From: Callorhinchus milii
Taxonomy: Eukaryota
Direction: 5' to 3'
Assembly: GCF_018977255.1 (NCBI RefSeq)
Contig: NW_024704743.1
Location: 42,100,001-42,164,000, forward strand
Length of the DNA stretch: 64,000 nt
Part shown: positions 1-12,829 of the stretch, in pieces
Layout of the letters: each line of letters opens with the position of its first letter
Position numbering within the stretch: the stretch's first letter is position 1
The notes under the pieces: model-generated
What the model saw: only the letters and a program-made list of their open reading frames with translations
Database searches by the model: none
Told to the model about the DNA's origin: nothing
Translations under genes and position numbers: made by a program

Positions 1-560
1 CCTGGAGTTGAGGTTGGAGGCAGAAAGATAGAGTTGGATGTCATCCGCATACATATGGAAGTTGACCCCATGTCTGCGGATGATGTCATCAAGGGGGAGC
101 ATGTAGATATTAAAGAGGAGAAGGCCAAGGACAGAGCGCTGGGGGATGCCAGATGTGACAGTGTGGGGGCTGGAGGAGAAACCGTAAGAGGCAACGAAGT
201 GGAGATGGTAAGAGAGAAAGGAATAGAACCAGGCAAGGGCAGATCCGTGAAGATTGAGTAAAACGGAAAGGCGGTGTATGAGGATGGAATGGTTGACAGT
301 TTGAAGGCGGCAGAGAGGTCGAAGAGGACAAGGAGGCAGAGGGAGCCCTGATCACAGATGTTCAGAATGTCATTAGTGACTTTGACCAGGGCTGTTTCCG
401 TGCTGTGGACAGTGCGGAAGCCGGATTGGAGGGGTTCAAAGAAGGAATGGCGAGAGAGAAAGGAGGGGAGCTGGGACGTGACGACTCATTTCAGCACTTT
501 GGAAAGGAATGGGAGGTTAAAGATGGGGCGGTAGCTGGAGAGGAGGAATGGATCCAGGGA
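1..560 (-). mobile_element. L2-clade LINE fragment, RT domain (runs off window start)
   Basis: Minus strand encodes the RT core [13 protein letters not shown] (~25-67) and upstream [15 protein letters not shown] and LDLSAAF motifs. Collinear with the L2 copy at 15.6-17.0 kb. Confidence 0.9.
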
Positions 561-569
561 CATCTTCCA

Positions 570-1883
570 GAGGGAGCATATAGATAAGGAAAAGAAGAGG
601 GCCAAGGATGGAGCCCTGGGCTAACCCGCAGATGAAGTGAAAGCGGTTGGTTAAGTAGAACTTGAATCATGCGAGTGCGGTCCCACTAAGGTGTATGAGG
701 GAGGAGAGGTGCTAGAGGAAGATGGCGTGATGGACTGTGTCGAACGTGGTAGAGAGATCCAGGAGGATGAGGAGGCAGATGGAGCCCTGGTCGCAGATAA
801 AGAGGACATAATTTATGACTTTTTGAGGAGGGGTGTGATGACAGCGTTTTTCAGGGGGAGTGGAACAGAGCCTGAGGAGAAAGAATGGTTGACCATGTCA
901 GCCAGCGGGGGGGGGGAGAGGAGAAGGAGTTGAGTGGCCAGCACCTGGGTGGGGAGAGGGTCCAGACAGCAGGTGGTGAACTTCATCAGCGTTGAGAAGG
1001 AGCAGGGAGAAATGGGGTAAAGAAGGTGGGGGGGGTGGCATGAGCTGTGGCGGAGGGAGAGGCCAGTGTGGATGGTCTGGGTAGGGTGGAAAGAGACATG
1101 GGAGTGAAGGACGATGCAGCTAAGCAGATGTTTTCAATCTTTGAAACGAAGAAGTCTAGGACTTCTTTGCACTTAGCGTTTGATGTGAAGATAGAAAGGG
1201 CTTGAGGAGGTGCACGGAGGAGATGATGAATGGTGGAAAACAGCATCTTTGGATTGTTGCTTGCCTCCAGGATGGCTTTGGAGTGAAAGGTTGAGGTAGA
1301 GTAGGTGTGGAGGTGCTCGAACCATGGATGGCAGTGAATTTCTACCATCTGCGCTCAAGCATCCGCTTTTGTCTTTTGAGTGAGCGGAGGTGACTGCTGT
1401 ACCAGGGGGAGTGAGTGGGTTTGGAAACAACCCTGGATTTCAGTGGAGCCAGGGAATTGAAGGTTGTGGAGAGATGATCATTCAGCAGGTTGATGACTGC
1501 ATCAGGATCACTGCAGGTGGAAAGCCAGAGGGAGAGGATGTTTGAGGAAGGCAGGGCATTTGTGAGGGACTCAGGGGGAAATTTTTTCCAGGGGCAGAAA
1601 AAAATGGTTGAGGGCTTGGAAGAGGGGAGGGGATGCGGCAGTAGAGGGAGATGAGGAATTGGTCCAAGATGGCCTTGTCTGTGATAGACAGTTCGGAAAT
1701 AACAAGGCCATGTATGATGATGAGGACAAGGGAGTGGCCATGGTTGTGGGTCAGCAAGTTGATGTGAATGGTGAGATTTAGGGAGAAGAGGAGGGCAGTG
1801 AAATCTGAGGAGGTGATGCAAGGGGAGTTTAGGTGGAGGTTGAAATTATCCATTATGAGCAGGTGTTCAGTGCAGCAGGACAC
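570..1883 (-). mobile_element. Second, older L2 copy: partial APE endonuclease, linker and part of RT, internally deleted
   Basis: Track ORFs 1482-1883 (LLIMDNFNLH...THNHGHSLVLII) and 986-1348 (SNNPKMLFSTIHHLL) are L2 ORF2-like. 570-820 repeats RT motifs already present in 1-560. Confidence 0.85.
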
Positions 1884-1954
1884 TAAAACCTAGTAACTAT
1901 TAGCCTGAGCTCAATAATAGTAAACATTACGAGGCAAAAATCGGAAAGGAAGCA

Positions 1955-2075
1955 GAATCATAGAATCATAGAATTATACAGCACAGAACGAGGCCATTCG
2001 GCCCACTGTGTATGTGCCAGCTCTTTGAAAAGAGCTACCCAAATCATTCCCACTGCCCCGCGCTCTCTCCTCTCC
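1955..2075 (-). mobile_element. CR1-clade LINE 3' end
   Basis: Reverse complement of the gggccgaatggcct...ctgtataattctatgattctatgattct terminus. Same terminus as the + copy ending at ~12828. Confidence 0.8.
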
Positions 2076-2132
2076 CCATAATTATTCGGGGAGGACAAAT
2101 TATCTATATTATCCCAGAAGATTACCTATCTA

Positions 2133-3050
2133 CAACAACAAAACAACAACAAAATTACATTTATAGAGTGCCTTTCAAGTCGGGAGGACATCCCAAAGCG
2201 CTGAACAGTCAGGTGTTAGGGCCCGAGCATAGGGGAGGGGTGGTGTAGGGGTGAGAGAAGGCAGAGAGGTGGGCGGAGATCAAAGGCACGATCGAAGAGA
2301 AGGGTCTTGAGACTGGCCTTGAAGAAGGCAAGGGAGGAAGCGAGGCAAAGGACCATGGGATGGTGTTCCAGAGTATGGGGGCAGAGAGGCTGAAAGCCCG
2401 GCCACTGATGGTAGGGCAGCTCGGGTGGGAGACATGGAGCAGGTCGGAGCCCGCTGAACGGAGGAAGCGGGCAGATTGGTAGGGAGTCAGCAGGTCAGAG
2501 AGGTAGGAGGGGGCAAGGCCATGGATGGCCTTAAAGGTGAGGATGAGGATTTTGAACTCGTTCCTTTGGGGGATGGGGAGCCAGTGGAGTCGGGCGAGGG
2601 TGCGAGTGATTGGGTCACGGAGCCTGGTGCCGAGAGTACACGAGCTGCAGAGTTTTGGATGATCTGCAGCTTGTGAAGGGAAGAATTCGGAAGACGATGA
2701 GGAGGGAGTTTTCGTAATCGAGCCTTGAGGTGATGAATGTGTAGGTGACGGTTTCAGCAGCCTGAGGGGTGAGACAATGGCGGAGTCTGGCAATGTTGCG
2801 GAGGTGGTGGTAGGCAGTGCCAGTCATGGCACGGATGTGGGGGAGAAAGGACGGTTCAGGGTCAAACAAGATACCCAGGTTCCTGACCGGCTTAGTGTGA
2901 TTGAGTGTGCAGCCTTGGAGTCTGATGCTGCCAGTGCCTGAGGTGCGGAGGCGCTGGCGCGAGCCAATCAGGTGGGCCTCTTGCAGACGTTGAGTTGGAG
3001 AAAGTTGGCCATCATCCAGAACTGGATGTCGGACAGGCAGTCGGTCAGGA
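2133..3050 (-). mobile_element. 5'-truncated L2 LINE with 3' stem-loop and (TTG)n tail
   Basis: ORFs 2615-2869 (HHLRNIARLR...FITSRLDY) and 2209-2793 (LARLHWLPIPQR.FKIL...APILWNTIP). Tail caacaacaaaattacatttatagagtgcctttcaagtcgggaggacatccc. Confidence 0.93.
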
Positions 3051-3074
3051 CCCCAGTATTCCTGGAGTTCATTA

Positions 3075-3730
3075 TAAAAATAATCTAGTAATTCACAGCC
3101 AATACAGGTTCAGAAAAAGTAGCCCTTGTCTGCCCAAACTCATATTCCTTTTTGAGGAGGTATCAGTCCAAATTCACTGTGGGAAGCCATATGATTCCGT
3201 ATATCTAGACCTCCAAAAGCATTCAACAAATTACCATATGAAAGACAAACTGTGGTCACTGGGCATCTAAGACAAGACGTATGGTAACTGGGTATCAAGG
3301 ACAGTGCAGAGGAGAGCAATGAGGATGATCCCCAATATTAGAAGAATGAGCTATGAGCAATGATCAGATAAACAAGGGCTCTTCAATCTTGTGAGGAGAA
3401 GACTTATAGGGACCTCATAGAGGTGTATAAAATTTTAAATGGGATTGAGAAAGCAAACGCAGAACAATAGTTATGATTATCATGACGGTAGAACAAGAGG
3501 GCATTGGTTTAGATTTGTAAAGGGCAATTTCAGTACAGATCCCAGGAAACTTCTTTACGCAGAGGATACTCAGTGACTGGAACAGGTTGACAGGAAATAC
3601 GATAGAGGCCACGACACTTGACATTTAAAAAGCAGCTTGACTCAGTGATGAGGGGACAATGGGGAGGGTATAGAGAGGGGTCAAAGGACCTTTATATCTG
3701 TTTATTGTGTGATCTTGTATGTGATCTTGA
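3075..3730 (+). mobile_element. Decayed CR1 LINE, internally deleted
   Basis: SQYRFRKSSPCLPKLIFLFEEV...YDSVYLDLQK (CR1 RT start), then jumps at ~3295 to VQRRAMRMIP...GDLIEVYKILNG (ORF2 C-terminus). Ends in tgtgatcttg repeats. Confidence 0.85.
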
Positions 3731-6700
3731 ATCTGAATTATTTATTTCTCCATACTATTCTGTCCTGGAGTCATTGTGAGACATGTTTCAGCTGCCACAA
3801 CAAATAGGTTTAGAACAATTACCTTTTTAACTGACTTCATTAATGTTGCTAAGAATGTGGCCTGATGCAAGTCAAGGCTTGAACTAGTATCATTGGCATA
3901 TGCACATTGTCGTCTACATATTGTGGTCATTATCGATCAAAAGGGAGCTTTTTCAGAATTTCTCCCAAAATCTGTTTCTGCTTAAACCCGTGAAATTATG
4001 TAAAGCTGATGCATTTCTAGTATCTCACACTCATTGGAGTGAACTTTATTTGTATTATTTTATTTGCACTAGTATCAGTGCAGAGCAGCAGGATACAAAA
4101 ATCACAAAATGCATTGAATATAACAAAGGATCATAATATTGAATGTACATTATTTTAATTAATTCCCATTAAGTGCTCACATCAGTGCAATGGAATCAAG
4201 AGTGAGGTAAGGATAAAATGCATTCAATGCAGGAAATTTAAAGGGACTTCAGTCTCCTGGCCATGGAATTAAAAAGAAGAAACAACTGGAAAACATAGTT
4301 AAAAGCAATTGGAAATCCGTTGATGCCATGAGTGTTTCAGTGTTTTTTCTTGCAATCAGTTTTTAATTGATAATGATGGCTTGGGAATGTTGCTATGATT
4401 CCTCTAAGGTGATAGTATTGATATTGTCAGTCCAAGGATGGTGGACCATAGCAAAATCAATAAATTCAACATTGCTGCTAGATTCTGTATCATACCAATT
4501 TCATCCTCAGAACTCCTTAGTAACCAGCCACAATATCCTGCACCATTATAACTGCAGAGATCAAAATACACTGCATGGTTTGCACCCAACTGAATGCCTT
4601 GCTTCAAGAAACCTTGATGAGAATGCATTGCAACAGTACTTCAGTGCTATGAATATTTAGTGCATAAGCATTACCTGGTAGCTCACTGTCAGCTTGAACA
4701 TCTCATGTTTTACAAAAAGATTTCCGTTCAGATGTTGACTGGAAATTTAATTGCAAAGAATTTATAATTAATGTTGACCGGGCAAGTGCAAGCATTTATC
4801 TCCTGAAGATTTACATTTGCCAGGACACCGTTGGCCACTGTTCCCATAGATAAAAGCTAATTAAGCTAAGGGTATTTATAAAAATAAATATTTGAAATAT
4901 TGGCAAACGATGAAAAGCAGAATTCATTTATGTACAAGGCAGTGAGTGAGTACTACTGACCTGGAAGTAAATGAAGCCAAGATCCTGAGCCAATGATGTG
5001 AAGACAAGTAACATGTTTTCCAAGGCCAATTGCACTATTTGACTATATGTAGCAATGATGCATGTTTGTAGATAATGAAAGTAATACTTCCTTTCTGATT
5101 TTTTTCCATTGTAAATTTTCCACCAAATAGAATACTTAAACTGATGTGGCAGAATCAATATTTTGAGTTTATAATTACTGTTGGAAAAATGATGTGCATT
5201 GTCTTGTGAACATATCATTACCCGTTCATTCCTTGAGGAGCAGATCTAATTGCACAGTGAATTTGGTTGCTGCAACTTTCTACTTTTAAACTTTCATCAT
5301 ACTGTTTTTATAATGACTTTTGTGTAGTCTGGGGTTTGATTAGAATTTCATCTAGCTGACAGGCAGAGTGTGAAAAATTCCCTCTACCCCTGCTAATAAG
5401 GTCTGCCACTACATTGGCATTTTCAATTTAATTTAATGAGGGGGGAAAGTTAATAATGTATGACTTTGTATTATATACACTATTAGATCTTGTGAAGGAC
5501 TATGGCAAATGCAACACATCCAATTCTGACAAATCAAGCACTCCCCTCACTTTGCTTAGGCTGCATGCACTGCTTTGAAAATAAATGCCTATCTGAAGAA
5601 ACATTTGGGTGCAGTGCGTTTGCTTTCTGAATGCACCATGCATAATTATATTGCAAATTCTTTAGACCATAATATTGTGTCATCCAAATTCAGCCCTCCA
5701 GAAAACAGCAAAGCCATGGGATGTGCTGATATCTGCATGTTGCACTTCATTCTAGCTCAGACATGCAGCCAACACCAGCCTGCCAGATATTGCAAATTGT
5801 CCTGCTACAGTTGCACAGTAAAGCAAAGCAAACATGAATCTGATTCCTCAGATGTGGGACAGGAAATTCTGATTATTCTTATATTCAGAATACTTGAACT
5901 TTTCCCTAATTCAAATTAGTTCTGATTTGCCATTTGAAATTTCCTCTCCAATTTACTGTTATCCAAATTTCTGCAAAATCTTAAATTTGAAGACAGTGAT
6001 CTTAAGGTGAAAACCATCTGAGATTTCAGACCTCAAAGAGAGCAAAGCATCAAGTAAATGCAGTTTATCCCATGCAATTGGATTAAACCCTATTAGGATC
6101 ATCTGTATGCTATAATTAAAGATTTGACGTTAATGGTACAGGTATTAGCAAAGCTTCAAAATATTCATTGCTTGAGTTGTTTTCAAGTGACACTAGGATC
6201 TAATCAACCAAAATATATTCAGCATTATCTCCAGTAAATGAAAGCTATCTTGTGGATAAAAATATAATCTAAAATACCACAGTTAATTATTTCAATTGCT
6301 GTCAGCTTGCACAGACATGGAGTACAATCAATCATCAGTACAGTAGAAACTTGACTGCAATGTATTACAATATACTGATGACCTTATCACTTCTCTGCAG
6401 TGCACAAAAAATGCCTGTAGCGTGCAGTTTGAAATAATTGTAGCTTTTATTGTTGTGCATATTTTGCTTAAAATAAAAATTGTTTCTACATTGATTTCAC
6501 AGTTAGATCTGCACAGTCCTGAAGTACTTTGGGGTTTTGAATATGGCGATTGCAAACTATAGTAGTTGCATTAATTGGAAGTTTGGTTTGCAATTCACAA
6601 TTTTAAGATTCGAAATGTCAAAACTAAAGCTAGTCATTTACTTTCTGGACTTTAGTGGGCTAAGAAAAGATCAGATAAAATGGTGGAAGTCAAACTAATG

Positions 6701-8434
6701 GCCTTTTTTGTCCATTCCTGCTATTTGGGATTCAAAGGCTGGTGTTGGTTTTGAATCCCAAACCAGAAATTGCAAACAACGTAAATGATCCATTTTTCAA
6801 ATATTGCTTTTTGGACCCTTATTAAAATTTCAAATTGTTTCTGTTAAGTTCAGATAGACACAGATCAGTTGGCACAATCCAGAAGAATAATTCTCCATCT
6901 CACAGTCTTGGATGTTAATCGGTTAAGATTATCCTCCCTTAGGGGAGGTAAGTGGGTACCTTTGGGTTGAGCTATCTCGAAGATTGGCAATGAAAAAACA
7001 ATATTTAGTCAACTTTCTACGGTGTTCACAAAAATTCAGTTCCTGAGTTGGGTGGTTACAAGATACTGCTGATAATTGGCCAGCCAGGCTCATTGGCAGG
7101 ACTCAGAGGGGCAGACACTGGTGTGATGTATTATATGTCTGGAATCAGCCCACATTTCCACGATTGTTTATTAAGGAAATCCTTATGAGACAACTCACGA
7201 ATTAGATTGCAATCAAGTCAAACTTCATTGTGGAGTACAGCTGAGTTGAACATCAAATTGTCTTGGATTTGCTTGCACTGGAGAGTGGAAAAACGAGTGA
7301 GACCAATTTGATAGAAAGATTAAGGGAGATGGCATTAAAAGCAAAGTGAAAGTCAGAACCTGTGATTAATGGTTGATTTCCCAACTTTCAGTCACTGAGA
7401 CACTGCAGCTATTTTCACACTGATAAATGCCTTCAATTTCTGTCCAAGCAGGAACAGGCAATTTGCAGGCGGCAGCTTATCATATCTCAAGCACTAAATT
7501 AAGACATTTAATCAGAAGTTAGTCAGAATTTGTTGGAATTATTCCAATTTACCACCTTAACGAGGCACAAAATATATATTAATGTAGGCTGATAAATAAT
7601 GACATATGGTAATGAACTTGGGTACCATTCTGTGAAGCGGGAGAGGAAAAAGCAAACATGAGTCCTAAAGGAAAGAGTGACATTCACATATCTCAGGAAT
7701 ATGGCCGGTTTTACATATAGAGCAATGAAGAAATGCTTTCTGCAAGATGCAATCAACACCAGCTATTGAAATAAAGGGAACACCACATATAGACCAGGAT
7801 GATGAAAATGATCAATACAATGTCCAACAACTACAACAATCCTGAAGAAGTTTAACTCCAAATTTCAAATGACTCTTCAATGAAGCGTCACTCTCAAAAT
7901 ATTTCCTTGCCTTTCTCTTTCAGCCGCTGATTGACGTTATTTTCTTCCTTTTATTTCAGATTTCCAACACCGTTTATGATTTTTTTTTGATTTTTATCTC
8001 TAAGGTCCAAAGCACACTGAGGAAGATCAGTCTCATCAAAAAAGCACTCAAGTGGTCCAAAGAAATAGTAGCTCCCAAGAGAGAAAGTTCATCCCTGGAG
8101 TTACAGCAGTCTGGCAAGTGTAAAATATTAATATCACCAAGCAATTTCCCAGTACAGTAATAGTATGAATTGTACTTTAACCAATGTGTCATCGTAGTTC
8201 TGTAAAGCATTAACACAAGAATTTCCTAATCATTATTAGCTGGACTACACCTGCTATCAGGGTATTATAGGAATCTATCTCCATTTCTAATATGCACTTA
8301 CATTGTATATTCACGTTATTTTCTCCACCAATGAGTCATCTGCATTCTTTACTGCTTCTATTCCTAAGGGCACAACTATTTGGTTACAATATTAATTCAT
8401 TGCAGGAGATCAAGGAATCCACCGATGAGTGGAA

Positions 8435-8606
8435 AATAATAATAATCCTTACAATTGTTATAAAGCCTTATCAAGTAATTGAGACATCTCAAAGAGCTTC
8501 ACAGAATATACTGTTAAATGAATTGACTGTGTATTTTGTGGGTGAAACATGGCAGGCAATTGCACAAAGCAGTAGCCCACAAATGGGCGTGGATTGAATG
8601 ACCAAA
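8435..8606 (-). mobile_element. tRNA-derived SINE, 3' half
   Basis: Matches the 3' half of the SINE at 46290-46610, with (TTA)n tail. Confidence 0.8.
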
Positions 8607-8866
8607 CATTTTTTGGTTGCAATTTAAAATGTAATTTGAAAAAATACCCAAATGCGAATCCTGTGAACTGGCATAAATACAACCTAACCCCCTTTGTATT
8701 TAGTGAGCTATTTTCTGTACGGTTTGCAGTGATGACACTAAATTGAGCATTTCCTTGTTTTCTTTTTTATGTGTGTGTTGTAATCTGGTACTTTGTGAAG
8801 CAGAATCCTGAACAGAATTTATATTAATACTATAGCTTAGGATAGTTTTAGATGGTTCAATGAAGT

Positions 8867-8898
8867 ACACAGAGAATGGCTATAGCCATTCTCTGTGT
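8867..8898. repeat. Perfect 32-bp palindrome
   Basis: acacagagaatggcta|tagccattctctgtgt is its own reverse complement. Confidence 0.97.
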
Positions 8899-8999
8899 CT
8901 CCGATGTTAACTCTACAGCAATTGTGAGCTAACTAATGGTCAGAGGGCAGTAAATGGTGGTAAGAGACACTGTAAAGTCATCCAGGCTAATGTCCAGAG

Positions 9000-9490
9000 A
9001 CAACAACATCAACAAAATTACATTTGTATAGTGCCTTTCACGACAGGAGAACGTCCCAAGTCACTGGACAATCAGTGTTTTGGACCCGAGCTGGGGGTTG
9101 GGATTGGGGAGGGTGAAGGGCAGGGGGAAGCAGGGTGAGATGGGTCTTGAAGGAGGCAAGGGAGGGGACGAGGGACTGTGGGATGGAGTTCCAGAGGGTA
9201 GGGGAAGAGTGGCAGAAGGCCCGCCCGCCAATGGTAGGGCAGGCGAGGCAGGGGACATACAGAGGGCCGGAGCCCGCTAAACGGAGGGAGGGGGTTGGGA
9301 GGTCACAGAGGTAGTGGGGACCAAAGCCATGGAGGGCTTTGAAGGTGAGGACCAGAATCTTGAAGTGTATTCTCTGTGTGATGGGAAACCAGTGGAGTCG
9401 GGCAAGGATGGGAGTGATAGGGTGGCGGAGCCTGGTGCGGCAGGGGACAATGGCTGCAGGGCTCTGGATGACCTGCAGCCTCTGGAGGCA
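9000..9490 (-). mobile_element. L2 LINE 3' fragment
   Basis: caacaac tail, stem-loop gtgcctttcacgacaggagaacgtccc, and the HWFPITQRI-type C-terminal segment. Confidence 0.88.
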
Positions 9491-11169
9491 GGAAAGACAT
9501 GCAAATAAAATTGTGACTCAACTATTGCTTATCTCTCTACATATGTGGCATAATTAAATTTAATGCTGTTGGCAAAGTTAATTCACTCTCTGCTGATAAA
9601 CAGGATTTCAGGACAGGTGTAAATTAAGAAATAATTCAAAGCGAGAAAAGATGATGTGGCACACTGTCTGTCACAAAGTAACCCTGAAGAGGCAAAAACT
9701 CCAAGTGTTTCTTCCATTGCAGGAAATATATAGACAACAGGTGTAGCACAGAAGGAAAAGAATGTTGATTGATAGACAGTTTAATAGATTCTAACTGTTT
9801 CCAAATTTTAAGTATTTTTGCCTTGATATAAAGTAGGACAGTGCTTAGTTACTAGGCAAATGATAACCTTAAATAGATTTGCAAATACTGTATCTAACTG
9901 TCTAATTAATAGCAAATCTTGCTGGTAACAATCATGGTGACACACTGACACAATTGAAAATAGATTGTATTGAACAGAGCTTCCATATAATTGTAAGTGG
10001 TCCACAGACGTACAAAGAGAATCAGGGAAAGAGCTTGTGATATCTTCCAGCTATCAGCAGTCGTGGCTATTAGCAATCTGGAGTTTCTACTTTCGAATCT
10101 ATTTCTGGATATCACGTTCTGGACCTCCTCTCCTTTATGTATGATCTGATACAGGAAATTATATCAGCATTTGCTAGATTGATATGAAAATAAAAAATGC
10201 ACAGCAACCTGGGCTCATAATCAGTTAGTGGACTGATTTACTGTACCACTAGATTTGAGGAAATATTGCTGTTCATATAGCGAGTTCCTAATCTCAATAA
10301 GAGATGTGCAGAGATGGAAAGTTTCCTTCCTGTGGGAAGGGAAAACAATCAGAAGAGAGAGTAAATAAGATATTCATCACAAACAACATGCCATTGATGG
10401 CAAGAGGTGGAAAGTAAGTTTTAAGGTGGAAAGTGAGTGAGAAGCCAATGTGGGAAAGAAGTGACAAGTGTATGAAAAATAGGCAAACAACAATAAAACA
10501 GTAAACGCAATTATTGTGATGAGTGTGCTGATAGGCTTTGTGCCAGCGTGTGTTGAATTTTAACTGGAGTCACACTGAAACACGATCTATAAGTTATGGC
10601 TTAAGGCATATGCTTTTCCCAGTTCTACTAGTAAGCATTCCTCATTAGCAGTTCATAATTCCATTTTAGTATGTAGGACAAGATGATATGAAATTTTAAA
10701 AAGAATCAATGGCTCAGGGCTCATGAATGATGAAATTGTTAAAGTTACCTTTTCATCAAAGAGATTCTTCCATGGTAGTAGTGTGGGTGGTGAAAAAGTA
10801 CACACATGGTTCAGGAAAATATGTAGTGTTACAGACAACAAGGCAACAAAACAGATTGTGATTCTTGGCAACTAAAATATATATAGGAACATTTGGTTTG
10901 CGCTAGTTCTGATGCAGCAAGCATTATTCTTTATGAGAGCAACATGAAAAGGAGCTATTTGGTTATGTTTGAGCCACTCCCTTGTATATCTGCAACTCAG
11001 GAGTAGAGATTCTGGGCATAAAAGCATCAAATGGCAAGTGGGTGTGAGTGTGGAGAGTAAGGGAGTACCTGTAAGAATGTTTAATTGTGGTATTTGAAGT
11101 GTGAAGCTCGATCTATTACTGAAGTTTATCAGAGGGAAGAAGCACCAGGGATTTCCTACAGCAAATCAT

Positions 11170-11450
11170 AATAGTCCTGCATTCCTGGGCAGCGCAAAAC
11201 CTTAGGCAAGTTTCCTTACTGCACACGCCTCTGTTTACCTAGCAATAAGTAGGAAACTGGTTGTTTGTTTGATTGGCGGATCTCTTTCCAGGGGTAATAA
11301 TCCCTTTCCCAAAAATGTGGCTACTCAATCCAAAACTGGTTGTGGGACTCTGTTGTGTGCAATTGGCTGCCACATTTCATCCACAAAAAATCCAGGAATC
11401 CACTTTACAATATATTCTTTGAAGCACTTTGAGACATTTATTTGTGGGTA
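11170..11450 (+). mobile_element. tRNA-derived SINE, long form, decayed
   Basis: aaccttaggcaagtttccttactgcacacgcctctgtttacctagcaataagtagg...tgtgcaattggctgcc, as in the 26363 copy. Confidence 0.8.
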
Positions 11451-11499
11451 AAATGTAACAACTGTGTCCCAAAAATAGCCATGGAGTAAGTGCCCAATT

Positions 11500-11750
11500 T
11501 TATTTGGGGCATTGTTGACTACGACATGGGATCTTTAACATCCACCTGAACAGGCAGATTGGACCTTGGCTTAATGTTTCATCCAAAGGATGGCACTTTG
11601 GACAATGCAATACCCTCTCGCCCCCATGATGATAATGACCTATTTTTAAGTGCAAAATTGGTCATTATCATCTTTGCTATTTGTGGGACATGGCAGGGTG
11701 CTAATTGACTGCCATTTTCTCCCAGAAATACACAGTACACTTTACATAAG
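11500..11750. mobile_element. Deu-domain SINE fragments in both orientations
   Basis: catgggatctttaacatccacctgaacaggcaga...tcatccaaaggatggcac is the reverse of the Deu-domain core. Confidence 0.65.
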
Positions 11751-12024
11751 CTTTAGAACAATAGAAATCAGCAGCTCAGAATTGGCCTGTCTTGTCTTTG
11801 CTGACTCTTTTAAACACAATCCTTTCAATCCCATTGACCTGCCCTTTTCCCATACCCCTGTAATTTAAGAAGCACCTTAAGGCATTCTCACCAATATAGA
11901 TGGTGACTCAAAGGCAAGGGTTATTATATCAAAAGTTAAAAATCAATAGCCCTCTGCTTCTTTTTGTTGGCACTCTGGGACTCTGATTGGGATGCAGTAT
12001 TCAGCACTCTCGCCTCTGGGTTAT

Positions 12025-12287
12025 AAGAGCATAAAAAATTCGAGATGAAAAAAGGCCAATGTCCATCTCGTTCGCCTTCCACCGTCCTGGCAGTCACATG
12101 CACATAGGTCCCAAACTACTTATGCACTATATCCCATAATATTATTTCCTAAAACACTAATCTGTGTTTGAAAGATTCAACACTTCCTGCTTCAACTGCC
12201 TACCTTGGGAACCTGTTTCAAAGGTTCACTATCAGCTCACTGAAATAGTGTTTGCATAGATTCGTTCTGAATTTCCCCCTTCAATTT
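12025..12287 (-). mobile_element. CR1 3' end; distal part of the element continuing at 12830-13660
   Basis: Minus strand gives FRTNLCKHYFSELIVNL (CR1 C-terminus), then a 3' UTR ending in ttatgctcttat. Confidence 0.8.
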
Positions 12288-12289
12288 TT

Positions 12290-12828
12290 GATGTAGTAAT
12301 GGAAAAGGTGGATGAAGGTAGTGCAATTGAAGTGCCACATAAGAGACTTGTAAGCAAAATAGAAGCCCATGATATTAAAGGGACAGTGGCAGCATGGATA
12401 CAGAACTAGCTGGGAGACAGAAAGCAGAGAGTGGTAGTGAATATTTGTTTTTCTGACTGGAGGGAAGTGTGCAGTGGTATCCCACAGGGGTCGGTATTGG
12501 GACCACTGCTCTTTTCGATCTATATAAATGACCTGGACTTGGGTATAAGGAGTACAAGTTTCCAGATGATACTAAGCTAGGAAGAGTAGTAAACAGTGAA
12601 GAGGATAGTAGCAGACTGCAAAAGGACATAGACAGATTGGTAAAATGGGCAGACACTTGGCAGATGAAGTTTAATGTGGAGAAATGTGATGTGGGGAGGA
12701 CAAGTTTGCAGGGCTATGAGGAGAGAGCGGGGAAGTGGGATTGATTTGGATAGTTCTTTTCAAAGAGCCGGCACAGACACGATGGGCCGGATGGCCTCCA
12801 TCTGTACTGTATAATTCTATGATTCTAT
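12290..12828 (+). mobile_element. CR1 LINE, internally deleted, nested inside an opposite-strand CR1
   Basis: VPHKRLVSKIEAH...[20 protein letters not shown]...DDTKL...WQMKFNVEKC, joined directly to the 3' UTR with attctatgattcta tail. Confidence 0.9.
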
Positions 12829-12829
12829 A

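Noticed and set aside
7870..7980. Resemblance to a recalled shark Penelope-associated repeat end (ttttatttcagatttcca; also ~58020-58110)
   Set aside because: Too decayed to call without a search. It also mimics a splice acceptor, which I did not accept.
9906..10150. Minus-strand open frame after tttcctgtatcag (IIHKGEEVQNVISRNRF...)
   Set aside because: No recognisable homology and no convincing donor.
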